Notes: generated by a model from the sequence alone, not told the origin. A stretch of 63,594 nucleotides of DNA, filler included, from Octopus bimaculoides (GCF_001194135.2; 7 parts of 7 records of this genome joined end to end with filler, not necessarily neighbours in it), one strand, 5' to 3'. Counted from the first letter of the whole stretch, positions 26,365 through 40,443 are shown. Program-made: numbers and translations.

Positions 26365-26790
26365 ACAGGCACAAGGCTAGAAGTTTTGAACAGAGGAACT
26401 AGTCGATACCATGGGCTCCAGTACTTGACTGGTACGTTATTTCATCAATATCGAAAGGATGAAACGCAAAATTGATCTCAGCAGGATTTGAACTTAAAAT
26501 ATAATGAGCCGAAACAAACACCATAAGGCATTTTTTCCTGATACGCTACCGATTCTACCGATCCATCATCATATCATAATAAAACTGTGGTTTCCGATTT
26601 AGTTAGAAGTCAAGCGATTTTGAGAAGGTGAGGTTAGTGAGTACCATCGACCCGTGTACATGACTGGTATTTATCTTATCGACTCCAAAAAGGATGAAAG
26701 ACAAAGTTGACCTCGGCAGGTTTTGAACTCAGAATAGTAAATATCCAGATGAATTACCGCAAGGCATTTTTCGATGCTGTACCAATTATA
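26365..26790 (-). mobile_element. Two tandem SINE family C copies
   Basis: Two gaaaggatgaaa..caaa.ttga.ctc.gcagg.tttgaact cores near 26455 and 26690. Confidence 0.8.
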
Positions 26791-26889
26791 TAATTCTCCT
26801 GTGTTATGTTATTTAAGAAAACCATTTCTTATATTTATGGCGGTGCCCCAGCATTGCCACAGTCTCTTGTTGAACAAGTAAAAGTAAAT

Positions 26890-27320
26890 GCAAACGTGGC
26901 TGTATGCTTCAGACGCTTGCTTCCCAACCATTTGGTCTTAGGTTCTGTCCCACAGGGTGGCACCTTGGGCAAGTGTCATCTACTAAAGTCCCGGACTGAC
27001 CAGAGCCTTGAGTGAATCTGGTGGAAAGTAACTGAAAAAAGATCGTCGTATAATATGCGTGAGTGTGCATGTTTGTGTGTGTGTGTGTTTGTGTGCGTAT
27101 GTGTAAGTGTGTGTATGCGTGTGCGTCTGTGTGTGTGCCGTTGTCTTTACCTCCTCCCCCACCACTGGACAACCGGTATTGGTTTCTTTACATCCTGTAA
27201 CTTAGCGGTTCAGTAAAAAAGTGACTGATGGAATAAGCACCGAGCTTTTAAATAAGTCCCGGGTCGATATATTCGACTGAAATCGTCAAGGCAGTGCCCC
27301 AGCATGGCCGCAGTCTAATG
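26890..27320 (+). mobile_element. SINE family A, diverged full length
   Basis: ggcaccttgggcaagtgtc...gtaacttagcggttc...ccagcatggccgcagtc. Confidence 0.85.
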
Positions 27321-27889
27321 AAAGATGATTATCAAGAAATTGATTATGAAAGTTCGAGGCATTTATGCCTTTCTCGAGGACACTAATAGGGTGAAATAAA
27401 TAGCTGCTTCACCTAGGAATCGAAACCGGCTGGTCGGTTCAACTGCTCGAAATGTTGCCTCTGTACCACGTCGCCTATTAGTCCGTCGTAGTAATGTGAA
27501 GTTATGTGGATCAGTGCATTGAAACAGGCCAGCGCCCTCTCCCGGTTTGATCGTTCTGATGTTCCCCAACTGTTCTTCCTTCGTGACTAAACTCATTTAT
27601 GGCTCACGTACGCAATCGCCACTGATCTTACTTTAATGTATACACGGAGCTATTCCTCGTTGGAACGGATCACAGGAAACAGCAACAACAACGTTAACAC
27701 TAAGAGTGTCAAAGAAAAAAGCAGCCTTAGAATTATCTGCCAACTTTTTCACTGTTCAACCACTGCCTTACCACCTCTGCCAAAATAGAAAGACCCAGCC
27801 TTCACCTCTGCCAGTAATATACGCACTGAAACACACGCGCGAGCATATGTATATATACACACACACCAAAACGTAAAAAAACATTCTGC

Positions 27890-28200
27890 CATTCTTAAAA
27901 CCACCATCACCGACACCATCATCATCATAACCATTAATACCACCATCGCCATCATCAACAACACCACCGTTACTATCATTAGCACTACCTTCATCGCCTC
28001 CATCAACACCCCTGCCATGACAACCACCACCATCATCACCCCCAGCACCACTACCACTGTTATCGCCTCCTTGGTCATCATCACCATCATCACCACCGTC
28101 ACTAAAACCGTCATCATCACCCACACCGTCGCCACCATTACTACCATCATCTACTTTATTTCCACCTTCAATTCTTCCCACACAGCCATCTGACACAAGC
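27890..28200. repeat. Degenerate (CAC/CAT)n low-complexity tract
   Basis: Seen directly; source of the M/V/D/G-rich ORFs. Confidence 0.9.
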
Positions 28201-28235
28201 GCCACCATCTTAGATATCACGTTCACAGCTAATTA

Positions 28236-28296
<61 letters not shown>

Positions 28297-28339
28297 TATA
28301 TATATATATATAGATATATATATATATATATATACACAC

Positions 28340-28376
<37 letters not shown>

Positions 28377-28564
28377 TCAATAATTCACCTCCAGCTTCTC
28401 ATATAAAATATACAAACACCCAACAAACAGACACACGAACACAAACAACATACGTACTTCCTGAAAAGCTCGGTTCAGCTCAAATTGGTGAGCAAATATT
28501 TAAATGTTTATTATCAAATATACACACGTTTAAATATTAACACCTATATAATAGCATATGTGCA

Positions 28565-28830
28565 GGAGCATGGCTCAATGGTTAGAATGTCGGGATGACA
28601 ATCGTGAGGTAGTGTGTTCGATTTAAGGAACGGGCTGTTGTTGTGTTCTTGAGTAAAACACTTTATTTTACGTTGCTCCAGTTGTTTCACCACTAGTGCT
28701 AAGCTGTATCGGCCTTTACCTTTTCCTTGGATAGCATCGGTAGAGAGCGGAGGCTGGTATGCATGGGTAACTGCTGGTCTTGCTCGGATTTGTGCCTTGG
28801 AAGGGAACTTCCTAGGTGCAATTTCATGTT
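28565..28830 (+). mobile_element. SINE family B head with a variant tail (also at 32820-33030)
   Basis: tRNA-like head TGGCTCAATGG..GTTCGATT; tail ctgtatcggccttt...actgctggtctt...ctaggtgcaat shared with 32870-33015. Confidence 0.75.
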
Positions 28831-29119
28831 CACCGAAGGAATTCTTTACCCTTTTTATAATAGCATATATATATACAAGGATGCATACATATATGTTTGT
28901 ATGTATCTGTAGTGTGTACATGTACATGCGTCCGCATTTTTATGTCAGCACTTATGCAGGTAATTATTGTATGTGTGATAAATCCAGTATTTTATACATA
29001 GGTCAGCATGGTAACAATAAATCTGGGGTAAATCACATGTATAAATAAAGAGAAGAAGGAACCTTCGTCTATCCCCAAATACATCAACCAGTAGTTCTCC
29101 TCATTGGTTGCTGCCCCTA

Positions 29120-29360
29120 CACAGATAATTTCCGCCACAGACGTTAAAAATCTCTATATTGTCATTTTGTATGGCAATGGATTTTTAAGATTCAACTTTT
29201 TCACAGGATCGGCGCACTACGCCTGAGCTGAACTCCCTAATTCTTCTCAGCGTCGTCAAATTCGTCTTCATCTCTAACTACTTCCCTTTCTCAGGAATTT
29301 CTACATGGAGTGTTTCATGGTACCCAACACTACTGAAACAGGTACAGGCACCACGCAACT
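29120..29360 (+). mobile_element. Degenerate Penelope-like reverse transcriptase fragment
   Basis: TDVKNLYIVILYGNG (DVxSLYTxIP..G) and KFVFISNYFPFSG (LxxNYFxFxG). Confidence 0.55.
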
Positions 29361-29622
29361 ACGGCATCCGGTTTGTTGGTTAACTGACGGCCCAGAGATC
29401 TTTAATCAATTCACCCACCCTATCCCAGAGTTACATGGTCGCTACAGCAATGACTGTAATCAGGGATTAAGGTGGAGAGAACTCACGACGATCAGGTTGT
29501 AAGTTCGATTCTCCGATCAGGCAACATGCTATATCCTTGAGCAAGGTACTTCATTTAGCTTGCTCCAGTTTGCTCAGCAATAAATAAGTACCAGTAGTCC
29601 ATGGGGAATAACCCTATACCGA

Positions 29623-30158
29623 ACGCGAAATTTTTCCGACGAGAGTTCCGGACCCCAGTAATGAATTCATTTGCATACAGCCAATCAGAGTTCACCTTAA
29701 GCATGTCAAGTTAACAAACACCCTCTATCAAGTCAACTCAAGACGAAGAACGCTGTTGTAAGTCGACCGATCGCCGAGTTATGCCTGATTTTAGAAGAGA
29801 ACAGACAATTAGATAGATTTGCATGTATACCTATTATCGGATTTTGTTATGGTAAAGATGTGGATGGGAAAAATGTGGGTAGAGGGTGATGTGCTAGCAA
29901 CCCTCTCCCCTTACTGCTTTACAAAGTAAACAACAACACAAATAACTACGCAGAGGCTGCCATAATTGAAACAAGAACAAGAACAACAAGCATTATTAAA
30001 AGAGGGAAACAGAGTCATTCCTTACCCAAGTGACCTTATCTTATCACCTATCACTTGTTATGCGCTCATAAATTAGTTTGATCGTTGAGCTCTGATTGGC
30101 TGTCTGCGAATGAGTTCATAACTGGTGTCCAGAACTCTCGTGGGAAAAAAATTCGCGT
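29623..30158. mobile_element. MITE-like element with about 72-bp TIRs
   Basis: 29623-29694 is the near reverse complement of 30086-30158; no TSD resolved. Confidence 0.8.
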
Positions 30159-31096
30159 CCCGGACTGGCGTCAGGTTCAGAGCAGGTAGAGTAGTCTTCC
30201 ACTTTCAACAGCTTGAAAGTTTCTCATCTCGTGTTTATAGACTCAAGGCAAAGAAAGAAGATATGCATTCAATAGAGACACTTCCGTTTCTAGCAAGATG
30301 TCTTTTGTCATTTCAATCCCACACCATATCAGACATGATGGCTACCTCTACACGAGAGTCACACTAAGAAAGTGATTGTAATATTGAGGAAAGCCTTTAC
30401 TTCAGCGAGAATTGTAAGTTGTGTGTGAATATTGGTGCAGGAGATAAGGTTGTGTGTTTAAGAAGTTCATTTTGCAATTACGTATTTCCGGGTTTTATTC
30501 CACTATGTGGTAAGTGTCTTTTGCCATAGGCTTCGGTTGACCAAAATCTATATGTGACACAGAAGTAAACTGCGTCACTAGATGAAAAGAAAAACGCTAC
30601 GTCAAACAAAAACACACTCGACAGTTCAAAACACACTTGGCAGTTCAACCAAGCCATCTATCTTTACGTCCAAAAAAGACGACTTATTTCTGGTTTCTCA
30701 CGAGATAAATAAAATATCTGCCAGAGAAACTATTTGGGTTCAGTATAATGAACTAAAAGAGGTAATGCTCCAGCATGGCTACTATCCAAATCGATAAAAG
30801 AATAAAAAGTATACGGAGGGAGTATAAATCGTTGAAAAAAAAAACAAAAGTTTTGGATTGATTCTGACTCCAAACTAATTTACAGGCAATTCAAAATAAA
30901 TATTGTCTGCAGATACAAAAGACGACGACATATTAATCCTACGATTAAAAACACTGCGAACTGAAACAGCGAAGGCGACAAATAGAAAATCACTACACGG
31001 CATTACACCACCAAGTCTCTTCTACAAAACATCCGGTATACACAGAAGTTCCCGGAGTAAAAGCACTTTCTATGGAAATATCAAAATATATCTGAA

Positions 31097-31146
<50 letters not shown>

Positions 31147-32236
31147 TGAGAGATGAGAGTGAGATCATACATACATATACAGACCTAAAAAAAAATCGGA
31201 TACTTTTATATAAAAGCAGGGGGAAAAAATCAACTATTATTGGCCGGGGCAGGTTGCCCGATGGTTCATCAAGCAATTTAATACAGCAGAAGCTTCATTG
31301 GAAAAGTACCGAAGTGACAGATAAGACACGGACGTGATTTACTTCATTGACATTGCTGAAGTTTTCGGCTTTTATAAATTGTTATTAAAGGGGTATCAAG
31401 TACAAGATTAAAGTGAAATGAAATCAACTCTCATACAATGAACAGAGATTTTGTATAATGCGCGTAGTTTTAATGGTGGTTAAGATCTTCTTTAAACGAG
31501 TTAAACCATTAAGAGAGGAGTGGATACTAAATATAATAAAATAAATTCGTTTCCAATGGTCTGTAAAATTTCTACATTTTTTAAAATTTATCCATTATCT
31601 TTTAGAATCGTAGGACGTGTAATTAAATCAATGAACCAAGACGGAGCTTAGATAATTTAGTCCCTAAAAAGAAAACGCACAGTTCATGTTACTACTTAAA
31701 CAATTACTAGTAATAGTTTCTTAATCAGACCAGGAGCCGTTTCCATGATTGCTTTAGAAGGTATTTGGAATAAATGAGATGTTTTTGGCCTTCTGAAATA
31801 TTTTCCTAAAGAAATCGTATCTAAATTCACGAAATACATTTGGAAAAACCTTACCAACCCACTGAGCTTGTACAGCAGAGACTTGCAACTATGAGATTAT
31901 GTGATGTTCATGCCATTGTCGAGGATAGATTGAAAATATGCGGAAGTGGGCGTAGAAAATCAAATCCTGCTCCAAAATGAATGCAAAGCGGCTAACAGTT
32001 TTGCTTTTTAATCACGTCGTTTCAGGTTCTATCTCACTCAGTTGCACTTAGAACAAGAGTGTTTCTGCAGTCGTCTACAACTGAGCAATTACTTCTAAGT
32101 GACATTAGAGAGAAACTGTGCAGAAACCCGTCGCATATGTGCGTGTATGTAACAGTGTGTGTATACCATTTAGATGTGCATATGTATGTCTGTATTTATG
32201 TATGTATGTATGTATGTATGTATGAATGTATGTATT

Positions 32237-32300
<64 letters not shown>

Positions 32301-33053
32301 TACACATGCATGCCTATATATATATATATANNNNNNNNNNNNNNNNNNNNNNNNNNNNNNNNNNNNNNNNNNNNNNNNNNNNNNNNNNNNNNNNNNNNNN
32401 NNNNNNNNNNNNNNNNNNNNNNNNNNNNNNNNNNNNNNNNNNNNNNNNNNNNNNNNNNNNNNNNNNNNNNNNNNNNNNNNNNNNNNNNNNNNNNNNNNNN
32501 NNNNNNNNNNNNNNNNNNNNNNNNNNNNNNNNNNNNNNNNNNNNNNNNNNNNNNNNNNNNNNNNNNNNNNNNNNNNNNNNNNNNNNNNNNNNNNNNNNNN
32601 NNNNNNNNNNNNNNNNNNNNNNNNNNNNNNNNNNNNNNNNNNNNNNNNNNNNNNNNNNNNNNNNNNNNNNNNNNNNNNNNNNNNNNNNNNNNNNNNNNNN
32701 NNNNNNNNNNNNNNNNNNNNNNNNNNNNNNNNNNNNNNNNNNNNNNNNNNNNNNNNNNNNNNNNNNNNNNNNNNNNNNNNNNNNNNNNNNNNNNNNNNNN
32801 NNNNNNNNNNNNNNNNNNNTCCAGTTCACTCAGCTGTAGAAATGAGTTGCGACGTCACAGGTGCCAGGCTGTATCGGCCTTTGCCTTTGCTTTGGATAAC
32901 ACCGGTGGCGTGGAAAGGGGAGACTGCTAGGGATGAGCGACTGCTGGTCTTCCATAAACAACTTTGCCTGGACGTGTGTCTCGGGGTGGAGGATACCTTC
33001 TAGGTGCAATCTCATGATCATTCATGACTCTTTACTCTCTCTCTCTCTCTCAC

Positions 33054-33097
<44 letters not shown>

Positions 33098-33687
33098 TAC
33101 ATACACATACATATGTGTGTATATATATATATATATGTATATATGCATAAATGCATAAATGTATATATGCATAAATATAGCGTACTGTTCCGTTACAGGT
33201 AGAATCAACAAAACCAATGAACCTGTACAATTTTGCAGGATAGTACACGCTAAACAAGTTTGTTTGATTACTGTACTACTATCCAACTATAAAACTTATT
33301 GTAGCTAACATTTAAATTCTGTGTTAAATTAAATGATATAAATATGTATGCACTCATATAAGTTATTATAATGTATTTATAATTTATAGTTAATTAATGA
33401 AAATTAAAATATTAAATTCAAATTTTGAAGAAATATTTTTTAAACTGCTGAATTTTAACCTCGATAATACTTCGCAATCTTAAGATTTTTCTTTTAATTA
33501 AAACTGAAATCATATTAAAAATATAAATCATCAACGTTTCTTTTAAAAAAAAACAGCCCAACCCAAACTGAAATGGTTACACTACATATGTTGACCAGAG
33601 TTCATAACATTATCTCTTACAAACGAAAAATTTTAAAAGCTCTATTTTGAAAGTTCTCATAAATAGCGAGAATAATTATTTGTAGAC

Positions 33688-34237
33688 CAGGGCTCGGCGA
33701 ACCGGAGTAAATTACCCCAAGTGGGGCTAAAGTGAAATTCTTGGGTGTAAGGAGAACTTATTTGACATAGGTAAAATTATATTTTAAAAAAAACGTGTTC
33801 TTAGTTACGACAAAAATTTTTCTTCTAGCATGAGGAGGCAGTCAAAATGTTGCTGCCTTTTACAACAATCTAACTTTGCAAACAAGGAGTTTCCACTATA
33901 ATGAACACAAAAACAAATCAGAGTAATCGATTGGACACCGAAGACTGTATACAAATTGCTCTGGCATCAAAATGCCCCAAATGCATTATTTCTCCAAAAA
34001 CTTGAAGTGAAAAAGTTTCTAGAAAAATCTTTTTGTTTCATAATGAGAATATTAATTTATTTTATCGCATTTGTTTTATACTTTTATATTTATAATTGTA
34101 TTCTCTATATAAACAGATTCAACAAACCTTTTGAATTCAAAGAATCACTGATTTTCTTCCTTTCAAATCAAGCGGGTAACGTTAACGTAAATAAATATAT
34201 TTTGGGGTAATAGGTTAAAAATGTTCTCCGACCCCTG
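33688..34237 (+). mobile_element. Non-autonomous hAT (Charlie/Buster-like) element, 550 bp
   Basis: TIRs CAGGGCTCGGCGAAC and GTTCTCCGACCCCTG; 8-bp flanks TTGTAGAC and TTCTAGAC (7/8, nTCTAGAn type); internal remnant LPFTTI*LCKQGVSTIMNTKTNQSNRLDTED of the C-terminal dimerisation domain. Confidence 0.93.
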
Positions 34238-36529
34238 TTCTAGACTTTAAATACCATACAAACACGCAGATTCCACTCCCACAGTTCATCCTATAATTGA
34301 CCTTACCACATATATTATGTATTGAATACAGTCCATTCCTCCCAAACGATTATACATCATTTTTTCATCGATCATTACACTCCGTCCATTACACTAAACT
34401 CTTTAGTCTTTAATATCCCGAGCCAGTGTATACATACTAAACATCTGCTTGCAACTACAGTTTGAAAAGCCTTACTTTGCGAAACATTGAAGTTAGTCTC
34501 AAGTGAAATATTTTATTGTATTTTACATATTGAGTTATTTACAAGAAACAAAAACTGAAATTCAAACACTACAGCAGATTCACTTCCCTATGAAATATAC
34601 TTAAGCATTCAAGAAACAGGATTAAATCAAATACTTTTCTGTTTATCATACTTAACGTATATACACAGTTGACGAGTATGATGCTGTGATTTTATTCTGA
34701 GAGAAAATGTCTTAAAACATGCTGTGTTGTCAACGATGTATATGTTATGTATGATAAATGCTTATTTTAATTTAAAGCTGTTTCAATTGCGTACATAGAG
34801 TTTTTATCAAACCTGACAGCTTTCAGCACTATCAGTTAATGTATCATTCACTGTTTCCTATATACGGGAGGGGAGAGATTTTATCAAGGCACGTAACTAT
34901 CAAGTACACGCCATTGAATGTCTGAAGAAAGCCGAAACGCGAATGATGTTCTCTTGAGTTCCGATATGTATTGTATTTGTAACACATGTCTCATATGAAA
35001 AGATTTTCTGTTATGCCTGTCAACGGTGTATACATGTTAAGTATGATGCATAAATGGCTAATTTGATTTCAAAACAGTAAAATGTTCTCCTAACAATTTA
35101 TTACAAGATGTCTTATTCCTCTCAATCAACTCTATCAGCTTTAGAAGAAATATCAACGGATTTCAGAACAGTGTAAAACAGTTGAAAACCAGCAGCAATA
35201 TTTATTACCAATTCAGATTAAAAAAACCTAACTATGAGAGGTCAATTAACGAGCCTAGCAATCGAGTCTTCTCTAATTCAATCAGAAATATTTATGAACA
35301 AAAACCAAGTAATGACGTCTTACACGATGTCAATACTATTGATAAAACTAAAGGTCACTGAATAGAGCTGAAGCAATGTTAGCACAAGAACCATATTTCA
35401 TACGTAGAGATTATATCTGACTCTTATCGACCATTTTTCATCCAAATTTATGACTCATACAAAAACAGACGTAAGTATTATTAGTAAAAAAAAAACAACA
35501 ACAAAAAAACAGTGATGGTTTTACGAGGTCGGAGTGCAAATCCTACCGCAAGCTCTTTTAGTCGCTTTTCACGGGACGCAGAAGAAACGTTTGATCTATT
35601 CTGGTCCCTAAATCAATGTCAATTGAAGTGCTTTGCTCAAGAACACAATACGCCCCCTTTTCCGTGAATTGAACCCACGATCTGGCAATCGTGTGTGCAA
35701 TACCCTAAGCCACATGCCTTCACAATTACAGTTGAAGAGTGATTAATGTTCTCAATATTCAAGATGTTACCGTGGCAACTCTTACAAAATACCCAATGAA
35801 AACAATATATTCACAATTTATCTAATTACCTCAATAATATTATTAACTAGTTAGCTAAAAAATGTATCCTCGATTCTCCACTTCATCTTCAAATCAACAA
35901 TACATTCGCCTGTTATATAATAAAGCACTTCTCAGCATCTTTTACACAAAAAAGTGGAATATAACCGGAGTATAATTTTTTACACCTATAAATATATATT
36001 TGTGAGGGTTCGTGTTCATGCGTTTGACACAATAACATAAAAAGCAATGAGTCAAAAAGATACCTTGGGCACCCAATTAAATATAAATCTACTACATGTA
36101 AAAACAGATAAGGAAATCGAAAAACTGGTGAATTCGAACGAAGTCCCCTTTGATATTTCTTCTGCATGGAGTTATCCAGTCACTTCCTTGTCACTATGAC
36201 CGTCGGAAACTTATAATTAACGACGCTATGGTCCAATAATTGCCCTACAAAATATATTAATTAAATAACAAAAGTGCATAACGAAGGAGTGAACATGCGG
36301 GTATTAGTAGTTATGTAGGGTAAGATGGGGCGCTCGCACGCGCATGTGCGTTCGCCTGAGAAAGTGCGAGTCGGTATTTACAACTATATTAGTGTATGTG
36401 CCGGTGAACGTGTGTTTAAATACGCATACTTGGAATATGTGTGTACTCGAATATATGTTTGGGTTTGATGTTTACATAGGCATGAAGCCAAATATTTGTA
36501 GGGAATTTACTGACTTTATTAAAGAATTT

Positions 36530-37220
36530 TATATTTTATCAGAGCCAGAATGATGAAAGGCAAATCAATTTCTTCAGGAGTTGAACTGAAAGATGTTGTT
36601 ACATACATCTTATTGTAAACCGTCACTCGTATTTAAAATTAAGATTCCAAACATAAGCACAAGGACACAGTTGAGAACGGAGTATACAGTCGTTTAAATC
36701 ACCCTCAGTTTTTAAATCAACCTTATTTGTTTTACTCAGCCCCGGAGGATAGATGATGACATCGGTGGGTCTTGAACTCAAATGGCAAAAGGACGTAACA
36801 AAATTCTGCTCATTCCTCTGTAGTGCATTTCAAAAATTCGTTTCTAATTTTAGCACAAGACCAGCAATTTTAGGAAGAAAGAGCAACTCAATTACATTCA
36901 CCCTAATACTTGACTAGAACTTTATTTTATCGACACTGAAAGGATGAAAGGCAAAGTCGCTCGGCGGGATTTGTATTGAGAACGCATCACTACTGATTCT
37001 AGCTGCTATGAATTTTAAAATTTCTCTCTAATTTGGGCATAAGGCCAACGGTTTTATGGAGAAGAACAAGTCGATTACTTGAATGGTACTTTATTTTATC
37101 AACCCTGATAAGATGAAAAACAAAGTTGACCTCAGCAGGTTTTGAACACCGAACGTAAAGAGCCGGAAGCAATACCGCTAGTTTGTCCAACGTGATAACG
37201 ATTCTACCAGCTCACCACCT
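36530..37220 (-). mobile_element. Cluster of about four partial SINE family C copies
   Basis: Repeated atgaaaggcaaa/gacctc/gaactc cores near 36550, 36750, 36945 and 37110. Confidence 0.75.
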
Positions 37221-37789
37221 TGAAGAAAGATAAACGTACAAATCCTGCTTATCTAGGACTTTGTGGAATCGGTCGGATTAACGTGTAAAAACGTTATAAA
37301 TTTAGTGTAATAAAACAGCTATGTGAAATACATTAAAAATATCTACAGAAAAAAATAACACCTAAACAAACACAAAAAATAATGAAAAATTATTAAAACG
37401 ATATATTCTTCTTAATTACAGGAAGAAAGAAGAAATAAAACAGCTACATCAACAACTATTTACGGGAATTGAACAGAGATCTTGTGTTGGAGTGAAATCA
37501 TTTCACGTTCAGACATTTCCGAGTCAACGGGAGAGGGAGGTGGCAGAAGGGTTGTGAATTAGGGTGTAAATAAAACAAAAAGGAAAAAAAGAGGGGTTCA
37601 AATAGCGAAAACCTCAAAGGGGTAGAAAAAAAAAACCCATCCAACCGCCTCCAATGAAAAGCTTAAAAAGTTATAAAAACTAAAATGAAGAAAACAGACG
37701 ACCGCATTTCTAAGTCATTTCTGGTACAAAACACTAAAATTGCTTGCTTCCTAGGTCGGCAGCACATACACGCACGCACGCGCACACAC

Positions 37790-37847
<58 letters not shown>

Positions 37848-38361
37848 CCATACGTATATATATTATATATGTATATATATATACATATACATATATATAT
37901 ATATATATATTATATATACTTATACATACATACACACACACACATATATATACATATACATATATGTGTGTATGAACACACACATAATTGCGCACACGCA
38001 CATATATATACTTTTATAGGCCAGTATAAGCAACCGCTTGGCCGATCGCTGTTTACACCCACTCGCCAGAAAACTTTGATACTCTTTTCATCCTTTATTT
38101 TCGTTCTGTTTCCCCTCAAATAACATTTAAAACAGAAAACTTCCATCTGTGATTCTTATTAATAAACTAAATCATACTGATATATATTTATTGCAGCTAC
38201 TATTCAACGCAGGAACCATAAACGTGACTGCTTTAAAGAACACACACATAGAAGAGGATAGTGAAAGAGCGAGAAGGGGAGATACAAACTTTTGTATATC
38301 GACGGGGCTCCCTTTTTGTGTATATGTACGTTTAGGTACACACACACACACATATATTTAG

Positions 38362-38727
38362 CTTTTATCTTTTACCCGTTTTTAGTCATTAGACTGCGGC
38401 CATGCTGAAGCACCGCTTTGAGTTTTTATTCGAACGAATCGACCCCAGTACTTTTTTTAAAGCCTGATACTTATTCTATCAGTTATTTTGCCGAACCGCT
38501 AATTTACGGAGACGTAAACACACCAACACCGGTTGACAAGCGGTGATGGGGGGACAAGCACACATAGATATATACACATATATGTATATAACGGGCTTCT
38601 TTCAGTTTCCGTCTCCCAAAACCACTCACAAAGCTTTGGTCGCCCTGAAGCTATAGTAGACACTTACTCAAGGTGCCACGCATGTAGTTGAGAAGCAAGT
38701 TTCTTGCCACACAGCCACTCCTGCGCT
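38362..38727 (-). mobile_element. SINE family A with a 21-nt deletion in the head
   Basis: Reverse complement of the consensus; ends ccactcctgcgc. Confidence 0.92.
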
Positions 38728-38744
38728 ATATATATAATATAGAA

Positions 38745-39085
38745 GTGACTGTCTTGTAAGTAGCTTGCTTACCAACCACATGGTCCCAGGTTCAGTCCAA
38801 CTGCGTGGCACCATGGGACTGAACCCGGGACCATGTCTTCTACTATAGCGTCGGGCGTAGCAAAGTCTTCTGAGTGGATTTGGTAGACGCAAACTGAAAG
38901 AAGCCCGTCGTATATATACGTATGTATACACACACATATATGTTTGTGTGTCTGGGATTGTTCCCCAACATCGCTTGACAACTGATATTGGTGTGTTTAC
39001 ATCCCCGTAACTTAACAGTTCGGCAAAAGTGACTGATAGAATAAGTACTAGGTTTACAAAGAATCAGTCCTGGGGTCGATTCGTT
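38745..39085 (+). mobile_element. SINE family A with an internal fold-back insertion
   Basis: Head-to-head with the previous copy; 20-bp inverted repeat at 38779-38798 and 38816-38835. Confidence 0.92.
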
Positions 39086-39553
39086 AAACCCCCACAAAAA
39101 ATTCTTTCTCTCTAACTCCCAAAATATTCTAACATTTGATGAGATGGATACATTCAAACCGGTTATATTTTATTAAACATTCTCTAAAATATAATTCTGT
39201 GCCTTTTCCAACTACATTTACAGTTTTAACTAAATATATATTCACACAGAAGGGAACGGGTGCAAGTGAACATATATACGCGTGCGTGTGTGAGTGAGTG
39301 TTGTAATGCGGAAATTCAGGAATAATTTTAAGTTATTTACTTTCTTACACAGTATTTATAGTCTGTGAACATTATGACTTAAAACACATGTAGGTATATA
39401 AATGTAAATAGTAAATATAGACAGAAGTCGATGCAGCTCCCTTCTCTCTCTCTCTCTCTCACATTATCTATCTCTCAACCTCTGTATGCTCACACACACA
39501 TATTATGCACATGCACATATATTCGCACTCATGCGCATGCACACAGACAGACA

Positions 39554-39596
<43 letters not shown>

Positions 39597-39749
39597 GTAC
39601 GTATGTACGTATAATATCAAATATGGGTAAGGCCAGTTTATGGGACAACCTTAGGTTTAAGTAGTCTCATAAACCGGCCTTCCTTATTTTTAATATATAC
39701 TGCTCTATATTTTAGAGTGTATTTCTTTCGGATTTATGTTTTTTACAGA

Positions 39750-39794
<45 letters not shown>

Positions 39795-40051
39795 TATATN
39801 NNNNNNNNNNNNNNNNNNNNNNNNNNNNNNNNNNNNNNNNNNNNNNNNNNNNNNNNNNNNNNNNNNNNNNNNNNNNNNNNNNNNNNNNNNNNNNNNNNNN
39901 NNNNNNNNNNNNNNNNNNNNNNNNNNNNNNNNNNNNNNNNNNNNNNNNNNNNNNNNNNNNNNNNNNNNNNNNNNNNNNNNNNNNNNNNNNNNNNNNNNNN
40001 NNNNNNNNNNNNNNNNNNNNNNNNNNNNNNNNNNNNNNNNNNNNNNNNNNN

Positions 40052-40113
<62 letters not shown>

Positions 40114-40408
40114 TATAAATATACACACGCCACACACATTTATTCATATATGTATTTATAGATACACATACAAACCCACGCGTGTATGTATGTGTGTATG
40201 TATGTATGTATGTGCATATGCGTGTATGCATGCATGTATGGCATACTGTTTGGTGTTTATAAAATTGTGAATAGATAAGTATATTAATCAATTAAATTCC
40301 CAGATAATGTGATTTTCAAATTTATTTTTGTACTTTTAAAATGTGTATATATACATACATATGATATGAATATATATCAATGTAAATATATAGGGATGGA
40401 ATAGATCC

Positions 40409-40443
<35 letters not shown>

